Assembly (NCBI GenBank): GCA_045537035.1
Contig: JAZSOR010000031.1
Location: forward strand, 582 to 64,581
Direction: 5' to 3'
Length of the DNA: 64,000 bases
DNA from: Faecousia sp.
Lineage (GTDB): Bacteria; Bacillota; Clostridia; Oscillospirales; Oscillospiraceae
Part shown: piece after piece, positions 44,809 to 54,137 of the stretch
Layout of the letters: each line of letters starts with the position of its first letter
How positions within the stretch are numbered: position 1 is the stretch's first letter
Program-made: the position numbers and the translations under genes
The notes under the pieces: model-generated
Told to the model about the DNA's origin: nothing
Database searches by the model: none
Seen by the model: only the letters and a program-made list of their open reading frames with translations

Positions 44809-47288
44809 TACTTGATGATTTCATAACCGGCAGCTTTGATCGCACTTTCGAGCTGCTCCAAAGCAGCACTTCCGGTTACGGTGACCTCTTTCGCCGCAAG
44901 ATCTACAACAGCATCCTCAGTGCCGACTACCCCTTTACACGCATCTTCAACACGCGCTTTGCAGTGGGGACACATCATGCCATCCACTTTAATAACTGTT
45001 ACCATTGTCTTAACCTCCTGCTTAACCGTTTCTTTTTCTTTTCCTTTTAATACTCTGCGTTCCGGGTCAAAAAATCTGAGACGCAAAGCATTTGTAACAA
45101 CAAACAACGAACTTAAACTCATAGCCGCAGCCGCAATCATCGGACTTAAGCGAAGCCCAAGTAGTGGATATAACACACCGGCTGCTACCGGAATACCTAA
45201 ACAGTTATAGAAAAATGCCCAGAACAAATTCCCCCGAATATTTTGAATGGTGGCTCTGCTCAGAGATATGGCTTTTGCAACACCGCTAAGAGAATGCTGC
45301 ATCAAAACAACATCCGCAGACTCCATTGCAATATCCGTGCCGGAACTGATTGCCATACCCACATCTGCAGTCACCAAGGCCGGCGCGTCATTGATGCCGT
45401 CTCCCACCATCAATACATTTTTACCTTCTGCCTGAAGGTCGCGGATCTTATTTGCCTTATCTTCCGGAAGTACATCAGAGATCACATGGGTTATTCCGGC
45501 ATTTTCTGCAATATGGTTTGCTGTAAGACTATTATCACCCGTCAGCATCACAATATCAAGGCCTATTTTTTTCATTGCAGAAACAGCTTCGGCAGAATCC
45601 TCTTTTAAAACATCTGCTGCGGCAATCGCACCCAAATACTGTTTATTTTCGGATGCAAAGTACAAAGGTGTTTTGCCCTGATTTGCCAATTCTTCATAAG
45701 CCGGAACTGCGATCGTAAGTTCTTCCATCAGGCGCTTATTGCCGCCGTAATACCGCACACCGTCAATGATGCCGCTGACTCCTCTTCCGGGAAGTGTTTT
45801 AAAGTCCTCAGGTGCCGTTACAGCGAGGTTTCCAAACTTTTCAAGTATTGCCTTGGCGAACGGGTGCTCCGATTGCAGCTCCAGTGTCGCCGCCACGCAA
45901 AGGAGCAGCTGACGCTCCGCATCACCGGCGATCACATCAGCAACCGCCGGCTTGCCCATAGTCAGAGTTCCCGTTTTATCAAGAACGACAGTATCAATCT
46001 TTTGCAGATTCTCCAGTGCTTCTGCATTCTTAAACAGAACACCCATGCGTGCGCCTCTGCCGGTACCCACCATAATGGCAACGGGTGTCGCAAGGCCAAG
46101 AGCGCAGGGACAGGATATCACAAGGACAGAAATCGCAACATTAAGAGAGAATGCAAGTGTCTGTCCCAATAAAAGCCATACAGTAAATGTAACAAGCGCG
46201 ATCGCCATGACGATCGGCACAAAAACACCGGCGATCTTGTCGGCAAGCCGGGCGATCGGCGCTTTTGAGCCGCCTGCTTCTTCCACCAGTCTAATTACCT
46301 TTGCAAAGGTGGTGTCTTCGCCGATCTTCTCCGTTCTGATCTCAAGATAGCCTTCCTTATTGATTGATGCGGCTTTGACGGTATCTCCCGTTTCTTTATC
46401 CACCGGTAAGCTTTCACCGGTCAGCGCGCTTTGATCGATGGATGATCTTCCCTTTACAACCGTTCCGTCAACCGGAATGTTGTCTCCTGCGCGAACAACA
46501 ACGATGTCACCTACCCGAACCTCACTGACCGCCACGATGCGTTCAGCGCCATCTGTTAAGACTGTCGCCGTTTTGGGGCTCATATCCATTAATTGCATGA
46601 CCGCATCACCGGTCTTCCGCTTTGCCCGTGCCTCTAAATATTTACCAACGGTAATGAGCGTCAGGATCATGGCTGCAGATTCAAAATATAGGTCCGTACC
46701 AAATACACCAGCCGTCCCTATAGATCCATGACCTGTGTGATAAGCCATCAAAAACAGTACGATCACACTGTACACCAAAGACGCACCGGAGCCAACTGCG
46801 ATCAAAGAATCCATATTGGCAGCGCCCGTTAGGACAGCTTTTGTGCCTTTTATAAAATAGCTGCTGTTAACAAAAACCACAGGGAGCGTTAAAAACAGTT
46901 GGACTAGCGCTGCAACAAGGGCGTTCTGCTCACCGTGATACCAGGAAGGCATCGGCAAATGCAGCATGTGTCCCATGGTAAAATACATCAAAACAAGCAA
47001 AAAACCAGCTGAGATTAGGATTCTCTTCTTCATGATAGCAAGAGAATTGTCTATCGGCTTTGGTTTTTCACTTTGCTCATTTCCGTAAACAGAAATGCCG
47101 TAACCGGCATTTTCCACAGCTTTCAATATCAGATCCTCGCTGATAGTTTGCTCAGATGTCACTGTCATTGTTCCTGCCAACAAATTGACATCTGCTTTCT
47201 CGACACCGGATATTTGTTTTGTCACCTTTTCAACTCTTGCCGCGCAGGCTGCGCAGGTCATTCCGGACACGCTGAATTTCCGTTCCAC
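44808..47288 (-). CDS. copA: Cu(I)-translocating P1B ATPase with N- and C-terminal HMA domains
   Basis: GMTCAAC, TGES, CPC, DKTGT, SEHP, GDGIND, FFYN, MSLSS, C-terminal GMMCPHC. Confidence 0.94.
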   Translation of the reverse strand: MERKFSVSGMTCAACAARVEKVTKQISGVEKADVNLLAGTMTVTSEQTISEDLILKAVENAGYGISVYGNEQSEKPKPIDNSLAIMKKRILISAGFLLVLMYFTMGHMLHLPMPSWYHGEQNALVAALVQLFLTLPVVFVNSSYFIKGTKAVLTGAANMDSLIAVGSGASLVYSVIVLFLMAYHTGHGSIGTAGVFGTDLYFESAAMILTLITVGKYLEARAKRKTGDAVMQLMDMSPKTATVLTDGAERIVAVSEVRVGDIVVVRAGDNIPVDGTVVKGRSSIDQSALTGESLPVDKETGDTVKAASINKEGYLEIRTEKIGEDTTFAKVIRLVEEAGGSKAPIARLADKIAGVFVPIVMAIALVTFTVWLLLGQTLAFSLNVAISVLVISCPCALGLATPVAIMVGTGRGARMGVLFKNAEALENLQKIDTVVLDKTGTLTMGKPAVADVIAGDAERQLLLCVAATLELQSEHPFAKAILEKFGNLAVTAPEDFKTLPGRGVSGIIDGVRYYGGNKRLMEELTIAVPAYEELANQGKTPLYFASENKQYLGAIAAADVLKEDSAEAVSAMKKIGLDIVMLTGDNSLTANHIAENAGITHVISDVLPEDKANKIRDLQAEGKNVLMVGDGINDAPALVTADVGMAISSGTDIAMESADVVLMQHSLSGVAKAISLSRATIQNIRGNLFWAFFYNCLGIPVAAGVLYPLLGLRLSPMIAAAAMSLSSLFVVTNALRLRFFDPERRVLKGKEKETVKQEVKTMVTVIKVDGMMCPHCKARVEDACKGVVGTEDAVVDLAAKEVTVTGSAALEQLESAIKAAGYEIIK

Positions 47289-47449
47289 ATTACCACCTCA
47301 CATTGACTTTTCCGCTTGTTTATGCTATTATTTTACCATGCATTTCAAGTAATGCAAGTATATACTTTCGTGCAATACTATCATTTGATACTGAATATGA
47401 TGAATCAGTAAAATAATTAATTTGATTAGATATAAAAGGAGTATGTGTT

Positions 47450-48292
47450 ATGAAGATCAAGATTCTCTCCGACAGTACCTGCGACCTCTCTTCTGATTTG
47501 TTGAATCAATACGATATTTCCCTCGCACCTCTGACCATTATTAAGGACGATAAAACATTCAAAGATGGTGTTGATATCACACCTGCAGATATTTTTGCCC
47601 ATGTGGAAGCCGGCGGTGCTCTGTGCTCCACGACTGCCACTAATGTGGGAGAATATTGTGAGTATTTCTCCAAATACGCTGGCGACTACGACGGTGTTCT
47701 TCATATCAGCCTCGGTTCCGGCTTCTCCTCCAGCTATCAGAATGCCTGCCTTGCCGCCGAAGAATTCGATAATGTCCGTGTCGTGGATTCGCAAAACCTG
47801 TCCACCGGTCAGGGTCTAGTGGTTTTAAAGGCATGTGAGCTGGCAAAGACATGCAAAAGTCTTGATGAACTGCATGAAAAGGTACAGGCATTCACCTCCT
47901 GCGTAGAAGCCAGCTTCCTGCTGGATCAGCTCACTTATTTGGTAAAGGGCGGCCGCTGTCCGTCTTTAGTTGCTTTGGGCGCTAATCTGTTAAATTTGAA
48001 GCCCTGTATTGAGGTCAGGAACGGTAAAATGTCCATGGTGAAAAAGTATCGCGGCAATTACGCAAAGTGCCTTGCAACTTATATAAAGGACCGTCTGACA
48101 AACCGCGATGATCTGGACAAGGGTACGCTCTTCGTTACACGCACACCTGTAAGCGATGCATGTTTGGAAAGCGTAAAACAGACAGTTGAAGAAGTTGCTG
48201 ACTTTAACAACATCTACTGGACGCAAGCCGGCTGTACGGTTTCCTGCCATTGCGGCCCCAGCACCCTCGGTGTTTTATTTGTCCGTAAATAA
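47450..48292 (+). CDS. DegV-family fatty-acid binding protein
   Basis: SDSTCDL, ISLGSGFSSSY, VDSQNLSTG, YLVKGGR, CHCGP. Confidence 0.93.
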   Translation: MKIKILSDSTCDLSSDLLNQYDISLAPLTIIKDDKTFKDGVDITPADIFAHVEAGGALCSTTATNVGEYCEYFSKYAGDYDGVLHISLGSGFSSSYQNACLAAEEFDNVRVVDSQNLSTGQGLVVLKACELAKTCKSLDELHEKVQAFTSCVEASFLLDQLTYLVKGGRCPSLVALGANLLNLKPCIEVRNGKMSMVKKYRGNYAKCLATYIKDRLTNRDDLDKGTLFVTRTPVSDACLESVKQTVEEVADFNNIYWTQAGCTVSCHCGPSTLGVLFVRK

Positions 48293-48302
48293 TATATCGT
48301 TT

Positions 48303-48339
48303 TTAAACCTCCCGGAATCCTGATTTCCGGGAGGTTTAA
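48303..48339 (+). terminator. Terminator after the DegV gene
   Basis: TTAAACCTCCCGGAA...TTCCGGGAGGTTTAA. Confidence 0.8.
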
Positions 48340-48402
48340 TCATTGAAATTTTATATTAATATGATATACTTATCCTAAGTAATGCCTTATGGAGGTATCC
48401 TT

Positions 48403-49629
48403 GTGAACTACCAACTTTTACTGGATATGGCCACGGAACTGGGCTATCAGCTGACATTGAGCGGTGCGGAAACCTTTCGTATAGAAGAGAGTGTCAACCG
48501 CATTATGGATGCCTATGGAATTCGTGCTGAGACATTTGCCATCCCAAACTGCCTGCACATCAGCATTGAAACACCCGACGGCATATCCTTAAGCAAAATG
48601 CGCCGCATCGGCCATCATGGAAACGACCTGGACGCAGTAGAACTATACAGCAATCTCAGTCGCAGAATCTGCGCTGAACGCCCTGAGCCCTCTGAAGCAA
48701 TGGAGTTGCTCAAACAGACCATTGCGTCTCGCAGATTCTATAGCCTGCCCCTCCATTTGGCAGGTAACTTTTTAGGTGCTTTTGGTTTCTCGATTCTGTT
48801 CGGAGGAAGCATTACTGACAACATCTGCGCCGGAATCTGCGGTATCGTTGTGGGTCTCGTTAATAAAGTATTGGACACGCTGAAGGTAAACCCCTTCTTC
48901 CGCACCATTGCCTCTGCATTTCTTATGGCGATTACAGCCTATTTTGCCGGATTTCTTAAGATAGCGGTAAATACAGACGCTGTTATTATCGGAGCACTTA
49001 TGATCCTTGTTCCCGGACTGTTATTCACTAACGGCATGCGCGATATCATTTACGGTGACACAAACTCCGGTATCAATCGAATTGTACAGGTGTTTCTCAT
49101 CGCTGCCGCCATTGCGCTTGGCACAGGTGCTGCCTGGAGTCTTGCAAGCGCACTTTGGGGCATGCCCATATCACCTGATCCGCACAGCTATTCCCTTTGG
49201 TACGAACTGATCGCCGCTTTTATTGGCTGTTTAGGATTTTCTATTATATTCAACATTCACGGGCCCGGCATGCTCCTATGCGCAGTAGGCGGCATTTTAA
49301 CATGGCTTACATACCGCATTGTTCTGCAATTTACTGCAAACGATATTTTAGCTTATTTCATCGCAACCGCCCAAGCATCTGTCTATGCGGAGATTATGGC
49401 AAGAATCAGAAAATACCCGGCGATCTCCTATCTTGTTATGTCGGCGTTCCCATTGATCCCCGGCGCAGGTGTATATTACACAATGAACTATGCCGTCAGA
49501 GGTGATTTGGCAAACTTCACGGCAATGGGTACCCATACCGTCGCCATCGCCGGTGTTATGGCTGTTGGAATTCTCTTAATTTCTACCATTTTCAGATTAT
49601 TTGCTGTATTAAGAAGCCGGCAAAAATAA
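48403..49629 (+). CDS. ThrE-family threonine/serine exporter (two domains in one chain)
   Basis: GTG start after GGAGG; SGAETFRIEES, LVPGLLFTNGMRD, PLIPGAGVYY; about 10 TM segments. Confidence 0.88.
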   Translation: MNYQLLLDMATELGYQLTLSGAETFRIEESVNRIMDAYGIRAETFAIPNCLHISIETPDGISLSKMRRIGHHGNDLDAVELYSNLSRRICAERPEPSEAMELLKQTIASRRFYSLPLHLAGNFLGAFGFSILFGGSITDNICAGICGIVVGLVNKVLDTLKVNPFFRTIASAFLMAITAYFAGFLKIAVNTDAVIIGALMILVPGLLFTNGMRDIIYGDTNSGINRIVQVFLIAAAIALGTGAAWSLASALWGMPISPDPHSYSLWYELIAAFIGCLGFSIIFNIHGPGMLLCAVGGILTWLTYRIVLQFTANDILAYFIATAQASVYAEIMARIRKYPAISYLVMSAFPLIPGAGVYYTMNYAVRGDLANFTAMGTHTVAIAGVMAVGILLISTIFRLFAVLRSRQK

Positions 49630-49640
49630 AACATAACTAT

Positions 49641-49677
49641 AAAAACTCCCGATCGATAAATTCGATCGGGAGTTTTA
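49641..49677. terminator. Bidirectional terminator
   Basis: AAAACTCCCGATCGA...TCGATCGGGAGTTTT. Confidence 0.85.
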
Positions 49678-49680
49678 CTG

Positions 49681-50058
49681 TTACTTATCAGCGTTTTTCT
49701 TTGCTTTCTTGACAGCCTTGGCTTTTGCCTTTTCTTCTTCTGCCTTTTTAGCAGCTTCTTTCTTTGCCTCTGCGGCAGTATCGTTGGTGGACAATGCCCA
49801 CTTCTGCAACTCGATGCGAACCTGGTCAGCGCCGGTCTCCATGACGAACTTATCGTCTTTGACATTTACGACTGTTCCAACAATGCCACCAATGGTTGTG
49901 ATCTTGTCGCCAACCTTGATGCTGGAGCGAAGCTCTTCTGCTTCCTTCTTGCGCTTATTTTCGGGTCTGATGAGCAGGAAATAGAACACGGCGATTGTCA
50001 CAACAATCATCAAGATGGAAGAAGACAGACCGCCGCCTGCAGTTAACATTAAAGACAT
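49681..50058 (-). CDS. yajC: Preprotein translocase subunit YajC
   Basis: FYFLLIRPENKRKK, GDKITTIGGIVG; follows tgt. Confidence 0.95.
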   Translation of the reverse strand: MSLMLTAGGGLSSSILMIVVTIAVFYFLLIRPENKRKKEAEELRSSIKVGDKITTIGGIVGTVVNVKDDKFVMETGADQVRIELQKWALSTNDTAAEAKKEAAKKAEEEKAKAKAVKKAKKNADK

Positions 50059-50125
50059 AGTATATACTCCTTTGTAATAATTTCCAGTATATTATAGCAT
50101 CAAACAGATAAATTGCAACACTATT

Positions 50126-51256
50126 TTAGATCCTGCGGGAAAGCTTTTCAGAATATTCACATCTGAATGCCGCAAATGTGCCATTATCCAAAGCCTGACG
50201 GATGCGTTCCATCAGTTTGTTGTAAAAATAAAGGTTGTGCATAACCGCCAGACGCATTGCCAGCATCTCTTCCGCCACGAACAGATGACGGATGTATGCC
50301 TTGGAATATCGACGGCATACCGGACAATCGCACTGCGGATCGATCGGGCTCTGATCGTACTGATACTTGGCGTTTTTCAAGTTGATCGCGCCTTCCCAGG
50401 TAAACAAGCGGGCGTGCCTTGCATTTCGAGCTGGCATGACGCAATCGAAGAAATCAACACCACGGGCAACCGCTTCAATAATATTTGTCGGCGTTCCCAC
50501 ACCCATAAGGTAACGGGTCTTATCCTGCGGCATATAGGGTTCTACGGCATCAATGATATCGTACATTTCCTCCGCGGTTTCGCCAACTGCAAGACCACCG
50601 ATGGCATAGCCGGGTAAGTCGAGCTCCGCGATCCGTTTCATATGGTCAACACGGATATCCGCATAAGTGCCGCCCTGGTTAATGCCCCAAAGCATCTGCT
50701 GGGGATTGACCGTATCGGGCAAGGCATTCAGCCTTGCATTTTCCGCCTTGCAGCGTTCCAGCCAACGGAAGGTACGGTCCACACTTTTTTTCACATACTC
50801 GCGGGGCGCGGGGTTTTCAATGCACTCATCGAAAGCCATGCAGATATCAGAACCTAAATTGGACTGGATCTGCATACTCTCCTCAGGTCCCATAAAAATC
50901 TTGTGCCCGTCAATATGGGACGCAAAGGTCACGCCTTCTTCCTTGATCTTACGCAGAGATGCCAAGGAGAAAACCTGAAATCCGCCGGAATCGGTCAGAA
51001 TCGGACCATCCCATGTCATAAATTTATGAAGGCCGCCGCATTCTTTCACCAGCTGATCGCCGGGACGCAAGTGCAAATGGTATGTGTTCGACAATTCAAC
51101 CTGACAGCCAATGTCTTTCAGATCCTTTGCGCTCAGACCGCCTTTGATCGCGCCCTGTGTGCCCACATTCATAAACACCGGTGTCTGCACCGTGCCATGG
51201 GCACAGGTAAAGACGCCCCGTCGGGCCTTTCCTTCTGTTTTTAACAGTTCAAACAT
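50126..51256 (-). CDS. tgt: tRNA-guanine transglycosylase
   Basis: TPVFMNVGT, NTYHL, TDSGGFQVFSL, GGLAVGE, DFFDCV, Zn motif CDCPVC...H. Confidence 0.97.
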   Translation of the reverse strand: MFELLKTEGKARRGVFTCAHGTVQTPVFMNVGTQGAIKGGLSAKDLKDIGCQVELSNTYHLHLRPGDQLVKECGGLHKFMTWDGPILTDSGGFQVFSLASLRKIKEEGVTFASHIDGHKIFMGPEESMQIQSNLGSDICMAFDECIENPAPREYVKKSVDRTFRWLERCKAENARLNALPDTVNPQQMLWGINQGGTYADIRVDHMKRIAELDLPGYAIGGLAVGETAEEMYDIIDAVEPYMPQDKTRYLMGVGTPTNIIEAVARGVDFFDCVMPARNARHARLFTWEGAINLKNAKYQYDQSPIDPQCDCPVCRRYSKAYIRHLFVAEEMLAMRLAVMHNLYFYNKLMERIRQALDNGTFAAFRCEYSEKLSRRI

Positions 51257-51269
51257 TCGATTTCTCCCA

Positions 51270-52292
51270 TCACGAAATAAACATCGCATCACCAAAGCTA
51301 AAGAAACGGTAGCGCTCTTTTACCGCTTCCTCATAGGCATGCAGCACATGCTCTCTGTTTGCAAAAGCAGACACCAGCATCACAAGGGTGCTCTCCGGCA
51401 GGTGGAAATTGGTAATCAGAGCGTCCATCGCCTTAAACCGATAACCGGGATAAATGAAAATATCGGTCCAGCGGCTGTCAGCACGGAATGTTCCATCCTC
51501 CATAACCAGGGATTCCAATGTGCGGCAGGAAGTCGTTCCGACACAAATGATGCGGCCACCGTTTTTCCGGGTGTCATTTAAAAGAGATGCCGTTTCCTCG
51601 CTGATCATACACAGTTCGGAATGCATGTGATGCTCTGTGATCTCCTCAGCCTTTACAGGGCGGAATGTTCCCAAACCCACATGGAGCGTTACAAAGGCTG
51701 TTTTTACGCCTTTTGCGCGAATTTTCTCCAGCAGTTCGTTTGTAAAATGCAGACCGGCGGTGGGTGCTGCAGCAGAACCGATCTCCCGGGAATATACCGT
51801 CTGATACCGTTCCTGATTCTGCAGTTCTGCTTTAATGTAGGGAGGCAGAGGCATCTTGCCCAACCGTTCCAATACTTCTAAGAAAATACCCTCATAAGCA
51901 AATCTTACAATACGGTTGCCGTCCTCCCGGACCTCCTCGACAGTTGCGGTCAGGTCAGCGTTTCCAAACAACACTTCTTGTCCCACTTGCAATTTCCTTC
52001 CCGGTTTTGCAAGACATTCCCAGCGATTATCACCCAAATCACGCAGCAACAGCAGTTCTACCGCGCCGCCGGTGGGTCGGTGACCCAGCAGCCGGGCAGG
52101 CAGCACGCGCGAATCGTTCATAACCAGGCAATCGCCGGGATCAAGGTACTCCAAAATATCATAAAAATGTTTATGGGCTATTTCACCGGTCGCTCTATCC
52201 AGGCACAGAAGTCGCGAGGAATCCCGCTGTTCCAGAGGAGTCTGCGCGATCAGTTCTTCCGGCAGATCATACCAAAAATCATGTGTCTTCAA
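51270..52292 (-). CDS. queA: S-adenosylmethionine:tRNA ribosyltransferase-isomerase
   Basis: [55 protein letters not shown]; start approximate. Confidence 0.97.
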   Translation of the reverse strand: MKTHDFWYDLPEELIAQTPLEQRDSSRLLCLDRATGEIAHKHFYDILEYLDPGDCLVMNDSRVLPARLLGHRPTGGAVELLLLRDLGDNRWECLAKPGRKLQVGQEVLFGNADLTATVEEVREDGNRIVRFAYEGIFLEVLERLGKMPLPPYIKAELQNQERYQTVYSREIGSAAAPTAGLHFTNELLEKIRAKGVKTAFVTLHVGLGTFRPVKAEEITEHHMHSELCMISEETASLLNDTRKNGGRIICVGTTSCRTLESLVMEDGTFRADSRWTDIFIYPGYRFKAMDALITNFHLPESTLVMLVSAFANREHVLHAYEEAVKERYRFFSFGDAMFIS

Positions 52293-52413
52293 CAAAACAC
52301 CCTCCACACTTACCTATCGTTTATTATCTCAAAATAGTATAGTCGATTTTATACCTTTTTGCAATACGCAAAAACCGCCTTCTGCGCATAGATTGGAGCG
52401 GAGGTATCTGATT

Positions 52414-53283
52414 ATGAAAAAACCGCTTTTTACAGGTGTATGTACAGCGTTAGTCACTCCGTTCCTAGACGGAAGGATCAATTATCCCTTGATGGAGCAG
52501 TTGCTGCTAAGGCAAATAGAAGCCGGTATTCCGGCTGTTGTTTTATCTGGTACAACAGGAGAATCCCCCACATTGTCAGATGAGGAAAAATTTAAACTGT
52601 TCAAAAGAGCGAAAGATTTTGTCGGTGACCGATGTAAGATCATTGCCGGAACCGGTACAAATTCCACGGAACACGCTATTGCCTTAAGCGTTGCAGCAGA
52701 AGAAGCCGGAGCAGATGCACTTCTGGTAGTATCCCCGTATTATAACAAAGGCAACCCGGAAGGCTTATTTGCACATTATATGTCCATAGCCCATGCTGTG
52801 ACGCTGCCGATCATCATCTACAATGTGCCATCGCGTACCGGCGTTGATATACCGGTATCTGTTTATAAACGGTTAAGTACACTTCCCAATATCGCAGGCG
52901 TAAAAGAAGCCAGCACCGACATCAAAAAGATCTTACAGATCCGCACAGTCTGCGGCGATGACTTAACCATATGGACGGGAAATGATGACCAGATTGTTCC
53001 GGTAATGGCTTTGGGCGGCAAAGGCGCAATTTCTGTAATATCAAATATCTGCCCGAAAGAGACACTGGCACTCACCCAAGCGGCTTTAAACAGCGACTAT
53101 GAAACAGCATCCCTGTTACAATGTCAACTACAGCCTTTAACGGACCTGCTCTTCTGTGAAGTCAATCCCATACCGGTCAAATATGCCATGCGGTATGCAG
53201 GTTTTGACTGCGGTCATTGTCGACTGCCTCTTGGTCCGTTAACTGCAGATAATAAAAGAAAGATCGATCTATATTTCCAGTAA
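52414..53283 (+). CDS. dapA: 4-hydroxy-tetrahydrodipicolinate synthase
   Basis: ALVTPF, GTTGE, PYYNK, YNVPSRTG, GVKEAS, EVNPIPVK. Confidence 0.96.
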   Translation: MKKPLFTGVCTALVTPFLDGRINYPLMEQLLLRQIEAGIPAVVLSGTTGESPTLSDEEKFKLFKRAKDFVGDRCKIIAGTGTNSTEHAIALSVAAEEAGADALLVVSPYYNKGNPEGLFAHYMSIAHAVTLPIIIYNVPSRTGVDIPVSVYKRLSTLPNIAGVKEASTDIKKILQIRTVCGDDLTIWTGNDDQIVPVMALGGKGAISVISNICPKETLALTQAALNSDYETASLLQCQLQPLTDLLFCEVNPIPVKYAMRYAGFDCGHCRLPLGPLTADNKRKIDLYFQ

Positions 53284-53311
53284 AAAACACCGCCCAAAGG
53301 CGGTGTTTTTT
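53283..53311. terminator. Bidirectional terminator
   Basis: AAAAACACCGCC-caaa-GGCGGTGTTTTT. Confidence 0.88.
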
Positions 53312-54116
53312 AAGGATTAAAGTGTTCAAAAATCGGGATCCAGCCTTCCTGGACCGCACAGCAGTATTCATCGGGATTCTGAACTGTCCATGTTACGCCC
53401 TGCAGACCCCAAAGCTTTCTGCAAACCACATTACTGATCGTTTTGCGGTCCCGGTAACGATATGCTATAAAATCCGGAAGTGTCAAAAAATTCAGCATCT
53501 GATTCTTAAGGAGAAATTTCAAAATCCACGGAAGTTCGGGATTTGCTGATGTAAAATAATTCTCTGACAGTTGACCGCGCATCAGGTCCGGACGATGCTT
53601 ACGAAGCCACCGGACACAACGGGGATCAAAGGATTCAATGCAGTATAATCCTTGATAGGTATCCAACATATTGCAGGCAGTTTCGCATAAACGGGCATAG
53701 TTATTCCGGACTGATTTCAGCTCCACAATTAAGGGAGCCGCGCCGGAATACAGTTCCAAAACAGATCGAAATGTCGGAATCGTTTCCTCTGTACCTTGCA
53801 ACCGGTACTCGCCTAACTGTTCGGTCGTTAAATCCTCAACAAACCCTTCTTTTCCCGTAACACGGAAAAGTTTTGAATCATGGATCACCGCAAGATTGCC
53901 GTCTTTCAACAAATGAACATCCAGTTCAATGCCATAGCCTGCTTCCCTTGCCCGTCTGAAGGCTTCCAGGCTGTTTTCCGGCGCTCCCGGCCCGTAGAGA
54001 CCTCTGTGGGCATAGGACCACTTGCGAAGCTCCTGCAGCCCCGGATGGCCTGTGCGGCCAACCGTAGACAAAAGAAACAGAGTCAGCAAGAGCGCTACAA
54101 TCAAAATTAAAATCAA
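53310..54116 (-). CDS. Glycerophosphodiester phosphodiesterase with N-terminal membrane anchor
   Basis: AHRGL, PENSLEAF, IELDVHL.KDG...VIHD, IVELK, ESFDP. Confidence 0.92.
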   Translation of the reverse strand: MILILIVALLLTLFLLSTVGRTGHPGLQELRKWSYAHRGLYGPGAPENSLEAFRRAREAGYGIELDVHLLKDGNLAVIHDSKLFRVTGKEGFVEDLTTEQLGEYRLQGTEETIPTFRSVLELYSGAAPLIVELKSVRNNYARLCETACNMLDTYQGLYCIESFDPRCVRWLRKHRPDLMRGQLSENYFTSANPELPWILKFLLKNQMLNFLTLPDFIAYRYRDRKTISNVVCRKLWGLQGVTWTVQNPDEYCCAVQEGWIPIFEHFNP

Positions 54117-54137
54117 GAGATTCCCGCTTTCTAAAAA

